From: an uncultured Clostridia bacterium
Lineage (GTDB): Bacteria > Bacillota > Clostridia > TANB77 > CAG-508
Direction: 5' to 3'
Assembly (NCBI GenBank): GCA_948896235.1
Contig: CAQUUC010000004.1
Coordinates: 65,554 to 129,553, forward strand
Length of the DNA stretch: 64,000 nucleotides
Shown here piece after piece: positions 20,712 through 31,318 of this stretch. The notes below the pieces were generated by a model, which had not been told where the DNA came from, did not search any database, and saw only the letters and a program-made list of their open reading frames with translations. The translations under genes and the position numbers were made by a program. Numbering within the stretch: position 1 is the stretch's first letter; every line of letters starts with the position of its first letter.

Positions 20712-21486
20712 ATGAAATTGTTTGATTCACATTGTCACTTAGATGATGAAAAATTTAATATAGATAGAAAAATATTAATAGAAAAACTATTTAAAGAAGG
20801 AATAGAAAGATTAATCACAGCGGGATATAGCTTAGAAGGTTCTAAAGCAGCATTAGAGATAGCAAAGGGTTATCCACGGTATATATGCAACTTGTGGAAT
20901 ATCACCAAATGATATAAAAGAAAATGTGGAAGAAATAGACAAAGATATAAAAGAAATAGAAGAACTTGCAAATAATAAGAAAATAGTTGCTATAGGAGAA
21001 ATAGGGTTAGATTATTATTGGAATACAGAAAATAAAGAATTACAACAATATGCGTTCATAGAGCAAATAAATCTAGCAAATAAATTAAATTTACCAATTG
21101 TAATACATACAAGAGAAGCGGTACAAGATACTTTAGAAATATTAAAGAAAAATCCTGTAAATAAAAAAGGAGTATTTCATTGTTGCCCGTTAAATAGAGA
21201 ACTTGTAAAAGAAGCATTAAAATTAGACTTTTATATATCTTTTGCAGGACCGGTAACATTTAAAAATTCGAAAAATGCAAATGAAATAATAGGTATGGTA
21301 CCACAAAATAGAATGCTAATAGAAACTGATAGCCCATACCTTGCACCTGAGCCACATAGAGGAACAAGAAATGACCCAAGAAATGTAAAATATATAGCTG
21401 AAAAGATAGCTGAAGTAAAAGAAATTCAAGTAGAAGAAGTAGAAAGAATTACTTATGAAAACACTTGTACATTATTTAATATATAG
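20712..21486 (+). pseudogene. tatD: TatD-family metal-dependent DNase/hydrolase; one frameshift (extra C at 20877)
   Basis: FDSHCHLD start motif, IGEIGLDYYW, IHTREA, ETDSPYLAPEPHRG. Removing the C of ccaCGGtat gives ..AKGYPGIYATCGISPNDIKE.., which joins ORFs 20712..20912 and 20926..21486. Confidence 0.8.
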
Positions 21487-21530
21487 TAAGATAAGTACAA
21501 AGTTAATTTAATAAATCATATATTTAAATA

Positions 21531-21560
21531 AAAAATCCTCAATTTACTGAGGATTTTTTA
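21531..21560. terminator. Bidirectional terminator between tatD and lemA
   Basis: AAAAATCCTCA / TGAGGATTTTT hairpin flanked by A- and T-runs. Confidence 0.5.
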
Positions 21561-21563
21561 TTA

Positions 21564-22118
21564 CTAATTATTAAAATCTACTTTTACATTTTGTCTTGCT
21601 TCACTTGAATCTACCTTAAAAAAGCTTTCTGGTTTAAAACCGAATATTGAAGCAACAATGTTAGAAGGTATTACTTCTAATTTCATATTATACATTGTAA
21701 CTGTATCATTGTAAAATTGTCTAGCAAAGGCAAGCTTATCTTCTGTACTTTTTAACTCTTCTTGTAAATTAATAAAATTTGTATTTGCTTTTAAATCTGG
21801 ATAACTTTCAGAAACAGCCATAATTGTTTTAAGTGCACCAGATAATTGATTATCAAGTTCTGCTTTCTCAGCTACTGTTGTAGAGTTTGCCCAAGAAGTT
21901 CTAAGCTCTGCAATTTTTGTTAAAGTTCCTTCTTCATGATTCATATAACCTTTAACAGTATTAACTAAATTAGGAATTAGGTCAAATCTTCTTTGTAAGT
22001 GTACATCAATTTGACTCCAAGCATTTCTTACTCTTTGTCTTAATTTAACTAAAGTGTTATAAATACTGATAACAAATAAGACAAGTAATAATGCAATTAT
22101 AAGTATAATCCATCCCAT
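21564..22118 (-). CDS. lemA: LemA family membrane protein
   Basis: N-terminal TM helix then the LemA signature (NTLVKLRQRVRNAWSQIDVHLQRRFDLIPNLV...). Confidence 0.8.
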   Translation of the reverse strand: MGWIILIIALLLVLFVISIYNTLVKLRQRVRNAWSQIDVHLQRRFDLIPNLVNTVKGYMNHEEGTLTKIAELRTSWANSTTVAEKAELDNQLSGALKTIMAVSESYPDLKANTNFINLQEELKSTEDKLAFARQFYNDTVTMYNMKLEVIPSNIVASIFGFKPESFFKVDSSEARQNVKVDFNN

Positions 22119-22213
22119 ATTAAATCCTCCTTTAAATATTTATATAAAGATAATTCAAATAATATCATAAAAACTTTATAAATACAACTAAAGCAAATAA
22201 TTATTTGTATATA

Positions 22214-22705
22214 TTAAGCAAAGATAGCACTGGCAGCACCAAACACTCCAGCTGAAGCAAGCCCCATAAGTATTCCTGCAAGAATAACTCCAGCCATTAT
22301 AGCTATTACACTCTTTTTAAAGTCCATATCTAAAAAACTTGCAGCTAGAGTTCCTGTCCAAGCACCTGTACCAGGAAGTGGAATTCCAACAAAAAGGAAT
22401 AGTGCAAAATATAAGCCACGTCCAGCAGTTTCTTGTAACTTTTTACCTCCTTTTTCTCCTTTTTCTAAACAGAAAGTAAAAAATTTACCAATGAACTTCT
22501 TATTAGCTCCCCATTCTAACACTTTTCTTGCGAAGAAAAATATAAATGGAACAGGAAGCATATTACCAATAATACATATTATATAAAGCTGAATTATTGG
22601 TAGAGCATCTCCTAAAAAAGTACTTAAACCAATAGGTACAGCACCTCTTAATTCTATAAGTGGTACCATTGATACTAAGAATACTAATAAATATTTTTTT
22701 AACAT
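22214..22705 (-). CDS. Small integral membrane protein, 'small multidrug export' (COG2426-like) family
   Basis: Four predicted TM helices and a PLIELRGAVPIG motif. Start at MLKKYLL with RBS AAAGGAGA. Confidence 0.5.
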   Translation of the reverse strand: MLKKYLLVFLVSMVPLIELRGAVPIGLSTFLGDALPIIQLYIICIIGNMLPVPFIFFFARKVLEWGANKKFIGKFFTFCLEKGEKGGKKLQETAGRGLYFALFLFVGIPLPGTGAWTGTLAASFLDMDFKKSVIAIMAGVILAGILMGLASAGVFGAASAIFA

Positions 22706-22772
22706 AATAATCTCCTTTTTATAATTACTTATAACTATTGTTATTAATTTTACTATATACAATTTCTAATGT

Positions 22773-23367
22773 CTATAATTCTTTAAAAGAATTTTTTATA
22801 TTGCTAAATATAGTTTTGTATTTTTCTGCATTTTCATTTTTTACTTCAAAATTTAATATATAGATATTATTTGAAGTTTCAATCCATACAACATGGCAGT
22901 AAAAATCTTTTTTATAATTTGAATCATAATAAACTAAACTATATTCAAAAGCTTTATTACCATTTATTTTGGTTTCCAAAATACCGTGAATCATCACGTA
23001 AATTCTCTTTGTTTTTAAAATAAGAGGTTTTATCATCATTTGCAACATCATATAAATTAAGTTCACGTACTTTAGATATAGTTGTAGCATACATAAACAT
23101 CTCATCATTTTCAGAATACAAATCAATTGTAAAATCATTATTAGGAACTGAGTTTTGTCTATATTTTATAGTACTGGGTAATTCAATACTAAATTTTTGA
23201 TCAGACGATATTAAAGTAGTATAATTAGTTTCTTTGTTTCTATTAACAAAATAAAATATAGTAGTCAAAAGTATCATAATAACAGAAATAATTGCAATAA
23301 TTATATATATTTTTTTATTATCAAGAGTTTTATTATTTATATTCCAGTAGTCTTGCACGTTATTCAT
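22773..23367 (-). pseudogene. Hypothetical N-terminally anchored membrane protein; one frameshift (sense-strand extra C; plus-strand G at 22985)
   Basis: ORFs 22957..23403 and 22773..23138 join by removing the C of tcaCGGtat (..ENLRDDSGILETKINGNKAF..). Start at ATG 23367 with RBS AAAGGAGA. Confidence 0.5.
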
Positions 23368-23540
23368 TTCTCCTTTTAAATATTTGTAACTATTATATAC
23401 CAAAATTAATTCATTTACAATAAAAAAATTTTGTGTTATATTATAACAAGAAATATTTTGCTTAATACAAATGAAATGTATAATTTAAAAGTAAATATAA
23501 ATAGTACAAATTTATTAGAAATTTTAAAGGAGAAATTATA

Positions 23541-24074
23541 GTGCAAGAGTTATTACAAAAGCAAGAAAAAAACAAATTAAAAAACATATTTGTAGCAATA
23601 GATGTTGAAACAACAGGTTTATCGCCAATATCCAATGAATTAATTGAAGTAAGTGCAATTAAATATGAGGGACAAAAGAAAATAGATACATTTACTAGTT
23701 TAATAAAACCAAAAGTTAGAATACCATATTATATAACAAATATTACAGGAATAACAAATGAGATGGTAGAAAACTCTCCAGCTGTTGAAGAAATTATGCC
23801 AAATTTAATAAATTTTATAGGAGAAAATCCAATAGTAGCACATAATGCAAATTTTGATTATAAATTTATCCAAAATTATTCAAATAATGCCTTTTCAAAT
23901 AACCTATTAATAGATACAGTGCAAATAGGAAGAAAGTTATATCCTAATCTACCAAATCACAAGTTAGGAACAATTGCAAAGCATATAGGGATAACAGAAG
24001 ATGGTTTTCATAGAGCAGAGTTTGATTGTGAGTGTTGTGCTAAGATTTATATGGAGTATCAAAAATCTATATAA
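23541..24074 (+). CDS. DnaQ-like DEDDh 3'-5' exonuclease (DNA polymerase III epsilon family)
   Basis: Exo motifs DVETTG, HNANFDYKF and HRAEFD. GTG start with RBS AAAGGAGAAA. Confidence 0.75.
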   Translation: MQELLQKQEKNKLKNIFVAIDVETTGLSPISNELIEVSAIKYEGQKKIDTFTSLIKPKVRIPYYITNITGITNEMVENSPAVEEIMPNLINFIGENPIVAHNANFDYKFIQNYSNNAFSNNLLIDTVQIGRKLYPNLPNHKLGTIAKHIGITEDGFHRAEFDCECCAKIYMEYQKSI

Positions 24075-24140
24075 AACACTTTACAAATTATGTAAAGTGT
24101 GATAAAATATTAAGGAACGAAAACCCAAAGGGGAATTTTT

Positions 24141-24365
24141 ATGAATTATTATCAGGAAGTAATTTATGACACATTAAAAGGAATGAGGATTCGGGCTATT
24201 ACCACAAAAATAAGGGATGATCACCAATTAAAAGACTTGTGTGATTATTTAAAAGAGCACGACGTAGATATGTTTTATGAAGAACTGAATGATGGAACAT
24301 TACCCCAAAACGTCATAGATCAGTATGGATTGTTCTGTGATATCATACAGGAAATTGTTCAATAA
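24141..24365 (+). CDS. Hypothetical 74 aa protein; locally elevated GC and C-ending codons
   Basis: Complete ORF with RBS-like GGGGAA. Followed by a GC-clamped hairpin. Codon usage (cag, cgg, gac, ccc) differs from its neighbours. Confidence 0.45.
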   Translation: MNYYQEVIYDTLKGMRIRAITTKIRDDHQLKDLCDYLKEHDVDMFYEELNDGTLPQNVIDQYGLFCDIIQEIVQ

Positions 24366-24370
24366 AAAAA

Positions 24371-24395
24371 GGCCACCGCGATTGTCGCGGTGGTC
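24371..24395. terminator. GC-rich perfect hairpin (CCACCGCGA ttg TCGCGGTGG) flanked by an A-run and T-rich sequence; bidirectional terminator
   Basis: 9 bp perfect GC-rich stem in a 27% GC background. Confidence 0.5.
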
Positions 24396-24500
24396 TCTAT
24401 AATAAAATAAATTTAAAATTAAATAGGATTCTGTTATAAGAAATAATTGACTTTTGAAGATGTAATAAGATACAATATAATAAAAATTAGGAGGTATAAT

Positions 24501-24755
24501 ATGGAATATAGATATAAAACCAGTGGAGTATGTTCACAAGAGATAATAATAGAAATAGAAAAGGATATAATAAAAAAAGTAACTATAATAGGTGGCTGTG
24601 CAGGTAATACAAAAGGAGTAAGTAAATTAGTAGAAGGAATGAAAATTGATGATGTAATAAATAAATTAAAAGGAATTCCTTGTGGATTAAAAGGAACCTC
24701 CTGTCCAGACCAACTAGCAAGAGCATTAGAGGAATTAAAAAAAAGTCGTAATTAA
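24501..24755 (+). CDS. TSCPD-domain protein (TIGR03905 family)
   Basis: C-terminal GIPCGLKGTSCPDQLARAL motif. Start at ATG 24501 with RBS AGGAGGT. Promoter-like TTGACT-17-TACAAT upstream. Confidence 0.7.
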   Translation: MEYRYKTSGVCSQEIIIEIEKDIIKKVTIIGGCAGNTKGVSKLVEGMKIDDVINKLKGIPCGLKGTSCPDQLARALEELKKSRN

Positions 24756-24805
24756 TATTATATTAGTAAATATTACTAATATAAATATATGTAAGGAGGA
24801 AGAAA

Positions 24806-25556
24806 GTGAAAGCATTAGTAACAGGAGCTTCTTCTGGGATAGGAAGAGACATAGCACGAGTTTTAAGCAATATGGGATATGACATTATTGCAGTAGCAAG
24901 AGATGGAGTAAAGTTAAATGAATTAAAAAATGAACTAAGTACAAAAGTAGAAATAATAGCAGTAGATTTAAGTGATGCAGAAACTTGTAAAGAATTATAT
25001 AAAACCGTAAAAAATAAAGGCGTTGATGTGTTAGTAAATAATGCAGGATTTGGAGAATTTGGAGAATTTACTACCACCAATTTAGACAAAGAGCTAAGTA
25101 TGATTAATACAAACATAACAGCAGTGCATATTTTAACTAAGCTATTTTTACAAGATATGGTGAAAAGGGATAAAGGATATATCTTAAATGTAGCATCAAT
25201 TGCAGGATTTATGCCAGGGCCGTTAATGGCAACATACTATTCTACAAAATCATATATTGTTAGACTAACTCGGGAGTATATATACAGAGTTAAAAAAGAA
25301 AAAATCAAATGTTCATATAAGTGTATTGTGTCCAGGTCCAGTTGCAACAAATTTTAATAAAGTGGCAGGAGTAAAATTTAATTTAAGATCAATGAGTAGT
25401 CAATATGTTGCTTCATATGCTGTAAAAAAAATGTTTAAGAAAAAACTAATAATATTACCAGGAATTAAAATAAAAATTGCAAGAATTTTAGCAAAAATTT
25501 CACCAGAAAAATTAGTAGCAAGAGTTTGTTATCATATGCAAGAAAAAAAGAAATAA
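24806..25556 (+). pseudogene. Short-chain dehydrogenase/reductase (SDR) family oxidoreductase; one frameshift (extra C at 25271)
   Basis: TGASSGIGRD Rossmann motif, NNAG, and YSTKSY catalytic Tyr/Lys. Removing the C of actCGGgag yields ..RLTGSIYTELKKKKSNVHISVLCPGPVATNF.. and joins the ORF 25326..25556 reading. Confidence 0.75.
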
Positions 25557-25648
25557 TAAATATTACACAAATTTTAAATTATATAAACATTTACAGTATA
25601 AATAATATATGTTAAAATAAAATTATTAAGAAAGAAAGAGGTATAAAA

Positions 25649-26251
25649 ATGAAATTATTTGATTGGATTAAAAAACTTTTAGGAAAAAATAATGATACAC
25701 AATTACTTAATGCACCAGAACAAGAAAAGACTTTATCAGCAGAAGAAGAATTTAGAATGCAATGCGCAGAAAGTGCACAGCTATCAGAAGAAGAAAGACA
25801 AAAAGTATTAATGCAAAAGGAAAGAGATAGACAAATACGTGTTGCAGGTTATAATGTAATAAATAATATGAATAATTTAGATAATGGAGATATAACAAGA
25901 AAATTAGAAAATACATTATGGAATTTAAGAACAGAGCAATTAAGTCATTCTGGTAGATCAGATTTATCAACAGAAGTTGTTTTATCAGACTTAGATGTAG
26001 AAACATTAAAACATATACATTTTGCAATACAAAGAGATCCACAACTTAGTGACTATTTAAATAGTGTTAGTTCACTAACAGGAGATAACAATATAGTTGA
26101 AGTTGTAAATCGTATGGAGCAAATAGCAAGAGATGAAGCTAGAAATTGGGGACAAGTAGAAAGTGAAGCAGTTAATTATATGCCAAATGCAAGTAATATA
26201 ATTAATCAGTTACAAAAAGAGCAACAAGAACAACAAATGGAGCAAGAATAA
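25649..26251 (+). CDS. Hypothetical Gln/Glu-rich cytoplasmic protein
   Basis: 200 aa ORF with RBS AAAGAGGT. No family recognised. Confidence 0.45.
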   Translation: MKLFDWIKKLLGKNNDTQLLNAPEQEKTLSAEEEFRMQCAESAQLSEEERQKVLMQKERDRQIRVAGYNVINNMNNLDNGDITRKLENTLWNLRTEQLSHSGRSDLSTEVVLSDLDVETLKHIHFAIQRDPQLSDYLNSVSSLTGDNNIVEVVNRMEQIARDEARNWGQVESEAVNYMPNASNIINQLQKEQQEQQMEQE

Positions 26252-26260
26252 AACAATAAA

Positions 26261-26298
26261 AATAGGTTTAGAAATTAATGTTCTAAACCTATTTTTTT
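26261..26298. terminator. Bidirectional terminator between convergent genes
   Basis: AATAGGTTTAGAA / TTCTAAACCTATT hairpin followed by TTTTTT. Confidence 0.5.
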
Positions 26299-26304
26299 AC
26301 TCTA

Positions 26305-28521
26305 TTATTTCAAGATAACTTTGACAACAGTTCCTTGTTCTACAGAACTTCCAGCAGCAGGAACTTGTGTTTCGACTGTTCCAGTTCCTTCTACAGTTAT
26401 ATTTAAATTTTTAGATTTTAGTGAATTTGCAGCTCTTGCAGCACTCATACCATTTAAATTTGGAACAGTAGTTGAAGTTCTAACATTATTTTCAGCGGTG
26501 TATAACATTACAAGCGAATTTTTGGCAAGTCTAGTTCCTGCACTAGGTACTTGGTCTGTTACCAAAACCTCATTTTTATTTCCTGTTACATTAAATTCAC
26601 ATCTAAATCCTGCATTTGTTAATACCTTCCAGGCTTCAGCAACAGTTTTATTTTCTACATTTGGTATAGAGACTAAAGAAGTGCTAGAAGATGTACCTAC
26701 ATCTATTTTATCGTGAGATATTCCAAGGTATGGCAATACTTCTTCTAATATGCTAGAGGCAACAGGACCTGAAACAGTACCACCATGATAATTTTTAACT
26801 TGTGGATCATAAAGAGCTACAAGTACTACAACTTCTGGATTTTCAGCAGGAGATACAGCAATAAAAGAAGCCACATATCCAAAATCTTTATCTTCAACAG
26901 GAGGTTCACTAGTTCCTGTTTTTCCACCGACAGAATATCCCTTAACAGCACCAGTTTTTCCAGTACCATCTGTAACAACAGATTCCATCATATCAAGCAT
27001 TTGAGTTGCTGTTTCAGATGAAATTACTTGTCTTACTTCTACAGGTTCAATTGTTGTAACTGCATTTGTATCTGTATTTATAATTTCCTTAACAATACGA
27101 GGTTGCATTAATACTCCATCATTTGCAATAGAAGAAATTGTAGTTATAAGTTGTAAAGGAGTTATTTTAATTCTTTGTCCAAATCCCATTGTAGCAAGTT
27201 CAGTTACACCAACATTATTTTCTTGGTGAAATATACTACTTATTTCTTCTGGTAATCCAACTCCAGTTTTTGAAAATAATCCAAAAGCTTGGTAATATTT
27301 ATATAATGTTCTAGTACCAATTTTTTTTACTAGTTGCATCATTCCAGGGTTACAAGAATTTTCTAGTACTTTTCTTAGACTTTGTGGACCATGAGCACCA
27401 CTTGTCCAACATTTTATTTTAGTCTTTCCAAACATTTCATATCCTAAACAATTAAATTCACCAGCAGTATCTGTTTCTACTAAATCTTCTTCAAGAGCAA
27501 TTGCGGCATTTATAAGTTTAAAAGTAGAACCTGGTTCATATCTGCTAGATACCATTATATTACGATACATTTCAGTTTTCTCACTAGAACTTAAAGAATC
27601 CCATTTATTTATCCAGTAACTAGAAGTAGGGGTAAAAGGATTGTTTAAGTCATAGTCTGGATATTGAGCCATAGCCAAAATATCGCCGGTAGAAGGTTTC
27701 ATTATAATAACATTACCATTACGAGCATTATTTTTTTCAACAGCTTCTTTTAAATACTTTTCAGCAATTGATTGAATATTTACATCTATAGTAAGTACAA
27801 CATTATTACCATTTTCAGCTTCAATGTGTTGACCTTCTTCACCAGAAATCTCTTTACTATTTACATCTGTAGAAGTAACGATTTTACCAGGAGTACCAGT
27901 CAAATATGAATTATAACTTCTTTCTATACCATATATACCTTGGTTATCACTATTACAAAAGCCTATAACATAAGCGGCTAAATTATTATACGGATAATAT
28001 CTTCTTGTATCTTCATCAATATTTATCCCAGTAGATATTTTATTTTCTTTCATCCACTCTTTTAATTTTTCTATTTTGTCTTGTTCTACTTTTCTTGCAA
28101 TAGTTTGAATAGAAGAATTACTAGTAACTTTTTCTAAAGTTTCTTCATAATCTAATTCAAAAATTTCAGAAAAAGCTTTTGCAAGTTTTTCTTGTTTATC
28201 TTTTGTTTCTTTATCGTTTTTTCCCTTTATTTTTGTGGGATTTATAGAAACTGTATCAACTTGTGCACTAATAGCTAAACTCTTACCAGTTGTATCTAAA
28301 ATGTTACCTCTTTTTGCACTTACTAATTTACTCATAGTTTGTTGTTTAACTGCCTTTTCTTTATAATCAGCTCCTTTAACTATTTGCAAAAATCCAAGTC
28401 TAAAGATAAGTGCTAAAAGTAATACAAATAAAACCAGCATAGCACATTGAAGCTTCTTAGATGTTACAGTATTTGCAGGTGTTTTTGTTTTCTTATTCTT
28501 AAAATTAAATTTATTTTCCAT
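26305..28521 (-). CDS. Class B penicillin-binding protein with two C-terminal PASTA domains (SpoVD/FtsI-like)
   Basis: N-terminal TM anchor, transpeptidase motifs (STFK, SCN, KTGT), and C-terminal PASTA repeats (VPNLNGMSAARAANSLKS...). Start placed at M35 (MENKFNF..) with RBS GGTGAGAG. Confidence 0.8.
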   Translation of the reverse strand: MENKFNFKNKKTKTPANTVTSKKLQCAMLVLFVLLLALIFRLGFLQIVKGADYKEKAVKQQTMSKLVSAKRGNILDTTGKSLAISAQVDTVSINPTKIKGKNDKETKDKQEKLAKAFSEIFELDYEETLEKVTSNSSIQTIARKVEQDKIEKLKEWMKENKISTGINIDEDTRRYYPYNNLAAYVIGFCNSDNQGIYGIERSYNSYLTGTPGKIVTSTDVNSKEISGEEGQHIEAENGNNVVLTIDVNIQSIAEKYLKEAVEKNNARNGNVIIMKPSTGDILAMAQYPDYDLNNPFTPTSSYWINKWDSLSSSEKTEMYRNIMVSSRYEPGSTFKLINAAIALEEDLVETDTAGEFNCLGYEMFGKTKIKCWTSGAHGPQSLRKVLENSCNPGMMQLVKKIGTRTLYKYYQAFGLFSKTGVGLPEEISSIFHQENNVGVTELATMGFGQRIKITPLQLITTISSIANDGVLMQPRIVKEIINTDTNAVTTIEPVEVRQVISSETATQMLDMMESVVTDGTGKTGAVKGYSVGGKTGTSEPPVEDKDFGYVASFIAVSPAENPEVVVLVALYDPQVKNYHGGTVSGPVASSILEEVLPYLGISHDKIDVGTSSSTSLVSIPNVENKTVAEAWKVLTNAGFRCEFNVTGNKNEVLVTDQVPSAGTRLAKNSLVMLYTAENNVRTSTTVPNLNGMSAARAANSLKSKNLNITVEGTGTVETQVPAAGSSVEQGTVVKVILK

Positions 28522-28675
28522 ACTCTCACCATTTTCTTTTAAATAGTAGTTTAAAACATTGTATATTAAATGGAAAGAAAAATCAATAAAAGTAAAAAAA
28601 TCTCGAAATATTTTTGTTGACAAAAGTCATACTTAAATATAAGATATATGTATAAAACAAAAAAGGAGGTCTATT

Positions 28676-31276
28676 ATGGCAGGAGAGTTTGAAGAAGAGG
28701 AAGCAAGAATAAAAGAGATGATTGATAATCTTGTTAAAAGAGCAAAAGTTGCATCTAAAAAATATTTAGAACTTGATCAAGAAACAGTAAATAAAATTAT
28801 TAAAAAAATGTCTATGGCAGGACTTGAAAATCATATGAAACTTGCAAAAATGGCAGTTGAAGAAACAGGAAGAGGAATATACGAAGACAAAATTACAAAG
28901 AATATGTTTGCGACAGAATATGTATATCATAGTATAAAATATGGTAAAACAGTTGGTGTGATTAATGAAAATGAAGAAGAGGGTTATGTAGAAATAGCAG
29001 AACCAGTTGGAATAATAGCAGGTGTAACACCAGTTACAAATCCAACATCAACAGCAATGTTTAAATCTCTAATAGCAGCAAAAACAAGAAATGTTATTAT
29101 ATTTGGATTTCATCCATCAGCACAAAAATGCAGTGTTGAAGCAGCACGTATTGTAAGAGATGCTGCAATAAGCGCAGGTGCACCAGAGGATTGTATATTA
29201 TGGATAGAAGAGCCATCAATCACAGCAACAAATCTTTTAATGAATCATCCAGATGTGGATTTAATACTTGCAACAGGTGGAACTGGAATGGTAAGAGCAG
29301 CATACTCTTGTGGAAAACCAGCATTAGGAGTAGGGCCTGGAAATGTTCCTTGTTATATAGATTCTACAGCAAAATTGAAAACAAGTGTAAACGATTTAGT
29401 ATTATCAAAATCATTTGATAACGGAATGATTTGTGCATCAGAGCAAGCGGCTATAGTAGATAGAGAAATTCACGAAGAATTTGAAGAATTAATGAAACAA
29501 GCAGGATGTTATTTTATAAACCCTGAAGAAAAGGAAAAACTAAAAAATAGTATGTTTGATGAGTCAAAAGGATATACTCTAAATTCTACTATTGTAGGGC
29601 ATAGTCCATACGAAATAGCACATAATGCTGGAATAGAAGTTCCAAAAGATACAAAGGTATTAGTAGTGTATGAAGAGGGAGTAGGACCAGAGTACCCATT
29701 CTCAAGAGAAAAACTAAGTCCAGTACTTGCATATTATATAGTAGAAAATAAAGAAGAAGGAATATCTAAAGCTGAACAATTGCTTGAATTTGGTGGGCTT
29801 GGACATTCAGCAGTTATACATTCAGAAGATAAAGAAACAGTATTACAATTTTCTGAAAGAGTAAAAGTAGGAAGAATTATTGTAAATTCTCCATCAACTC
29901 ATGGAGCAATTGGTGATATATATAACACTAATTTACCATCACTTACACTTGGATGTGGTACCTTTGGAGGAAACTCAACAACTTCAAATGTATCAAGTGT
30001 AAATTTAATAAATGTAAAAAGAGTTGCGAAGAGGAGGGTTAATATGCAATGGTTTAAAGTTCCAGAAAAAATATATTTTGAAGCAGGTTCAATTCAGTAC
30101 CTAGAAAAAATGCCTAATATATCAAAAGCTTTTATAGTTACAGATGAATCAATGGTAAAATTAGGGTATGTAGATAAAATTTTATATCATTTAAGAAAAA
30201 GAGAACAATATGTTCACTCTGAAATATTTGCAGAAGTAGAGCCAGATCCATCATTTGATACAATAAAAAGAGGAGTAAAGGCTATTGAAGCTTTTAAACC
30301 AGACGTAATAATTGCAATAGGTGGAGGAAGTGCAATGGATGCAGCAAAAGGAATGTGGTTATTCTATGAGCACCCAGATGCAGATGTAGAAGGATTAAAA
30401 CTAAAATTTATGGATATACGTAAGCGTACTTATAAATTTCCTAAATTAGGAGAAAAAGCCAAAATGGTAGCCATACCAACAACCTCAGGTACAGGTTCAG
30501 AAGTAACATCATTTGCAGTAATTACAGACAAAACACAAAACAAAAAATATCCACTTGCAGATTATGAATTAACACCAGATGTCGCAATAATAGATCCAGA
30601 TCTTGTTATGACATTACCAAAAAGGATAACAGCAGATACTGGAATGGACGTTTTAACACATGCAATTGAAGCATATGTATCAAATATGGCATCAGATTAT
30701 ACTGATGGACTTGCAGAGAAAGCAACAGAACTTGTATTTAAAAATTTATTAAAAGCATATGAAAATGGTAATGATCAAAAAGCAAGAGAAAAAATGCATA
30801 ACGCAAGTTGTATAGCAGGAATGGCATTTACAAATGCATTTTTAGGATTAAACCATTCAATAGCACATAAAATCGGAGGAGAATTCCATGTTCCACATGG
30901 AAGAGCAAATGCAGTTTTACTTCCATATGTAATAAGATATAATGCTACAAAGCCAACAAAATTTGTATCATTCCCAAAATATGAATACTTCATAGCAGAT
31001 GAAAAATATGCTGAGATTGCAAGAAAAAACGGATTTAAAGCAGACACTACAGAAGAAGGAGTAACATCATTAATTGAAGCTATAAAAATACTAATGCAGA
31101 ACTTAGAAATGCCAACAAGTTTCAAAGAATGTGGAATAGAAGAACAAGAATTTTTATCAAGAGTAGATGAACTTGCAGACCGTGCATTTGAAGATCAATG
31201 TACAACAGCAAACCCAAGACTACCACTTGTAAGTGAAATAAAACAAATATTATTAGATGCTTACTACGGAGCATAA
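28676..31276 (+). CDS. adhE: Bifunctional acetaldehyde-CoA/alcohol dehydrogenase
   Basis: Full-length match (866 aa) to the AdhE architecture: N-terminal aldehyde dehydrogenase domain (catalytic Cys in GMICASEQA) and C-terminal iron-containing ADH domain ([10 protein letters not shown], histidine cluster). Confidence 0.95.
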   Translation: MAGEFEEEEARIKEMIDNLVKRAKVASKKYLELDQETVNKIIKKMSMAGLENHMKLAKMAVEETGRGIYEDKITKNMFATEYVYHSIKYGKTVGVINENEEEGYVEIAEPVGIIAGVTPVTNPTSTAMFKSLIAAKTRNVIIFGFHPSAQKCSVEAARIVRDAAISAGAPEDCILWIEEPSITATNLLMNHPDVDLILATGGTGMVRAAYSCGKPALGVGPGNVPCYIDSTAKLKTSVNDLVLSKSFDNGMICASEQAAIVDREIHEEFEELMKQAGCYFINPEEKEKLKNSMFDESKGYTLNSTIVGHSPYEIAHNAGIEVPKDTKVLVVYEEGVGPEYPFSREKLSPVLAYYIVENKEEGISKAEQLLEFGGLGHSAVIHSEDKETVLQFSERVKVGRIIVNSPSTHGAIGDIYNTNLPSLTLGCGTFGGNSTTSNVSSVNLINVKRVAKRRVNMQWFKVPEKIYFEAGSIQYLEKMPNISKAFIVTDESMVKLGYVDKILYHLRKREQYVHSEIFAEVEPDPSFDTIKRGVKAIEAFKPDVIIAIGGGSAMDAAKGMWLFYEHPDADVEGLKLKFMDIRKRTYKFPKLGEKAKMVAIPTTSGTGSEVTSFAVITDKTQNKKYPLADYELTPDVAIIDPDLVMTLPKRITADTGMDVLTHAIEAYVSNMASDYTDGLAEKATELVFKNLLKAYENGNDQKAREKMHNASCIAGMAFTNAFLGLNHSIAHKIGGEFHVPHGRANAVLLPYVIRYNATKPTKFVSFPKYEYFIADEKYAEIARKNGFKADTTEEGVTSLIEAIKILMQNLEMPTSFKECGIEEQEFLSRVDELADRAFEDQCTTANPRLPLVSEIKQILLDAYYGA

Positions 31277-31285
31277 AATAAATGG

Positions 31286-31318
31286 GAAAGAGGACTCATG
31301 TTTATGAGTCCTCTTTGA
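31286..31318. terminator. Bidirectional terminator after adhE (overlaps 3' end of the convergent gene)
   Basis: AAGAGGACTCAT / ATGAGTCCTCTT hairpin. Confidence 0.6.

Noticed and set aside
24195-24197. General +1 frameshifting at every CGG codon as the explanation for the C|GGN sites
   Set aside because: In-frame CGG Arg codons occur in apparently intact genes (24195, about 31470, about 32352, about 62523) and must be read normally. Any recoding would need additional context.
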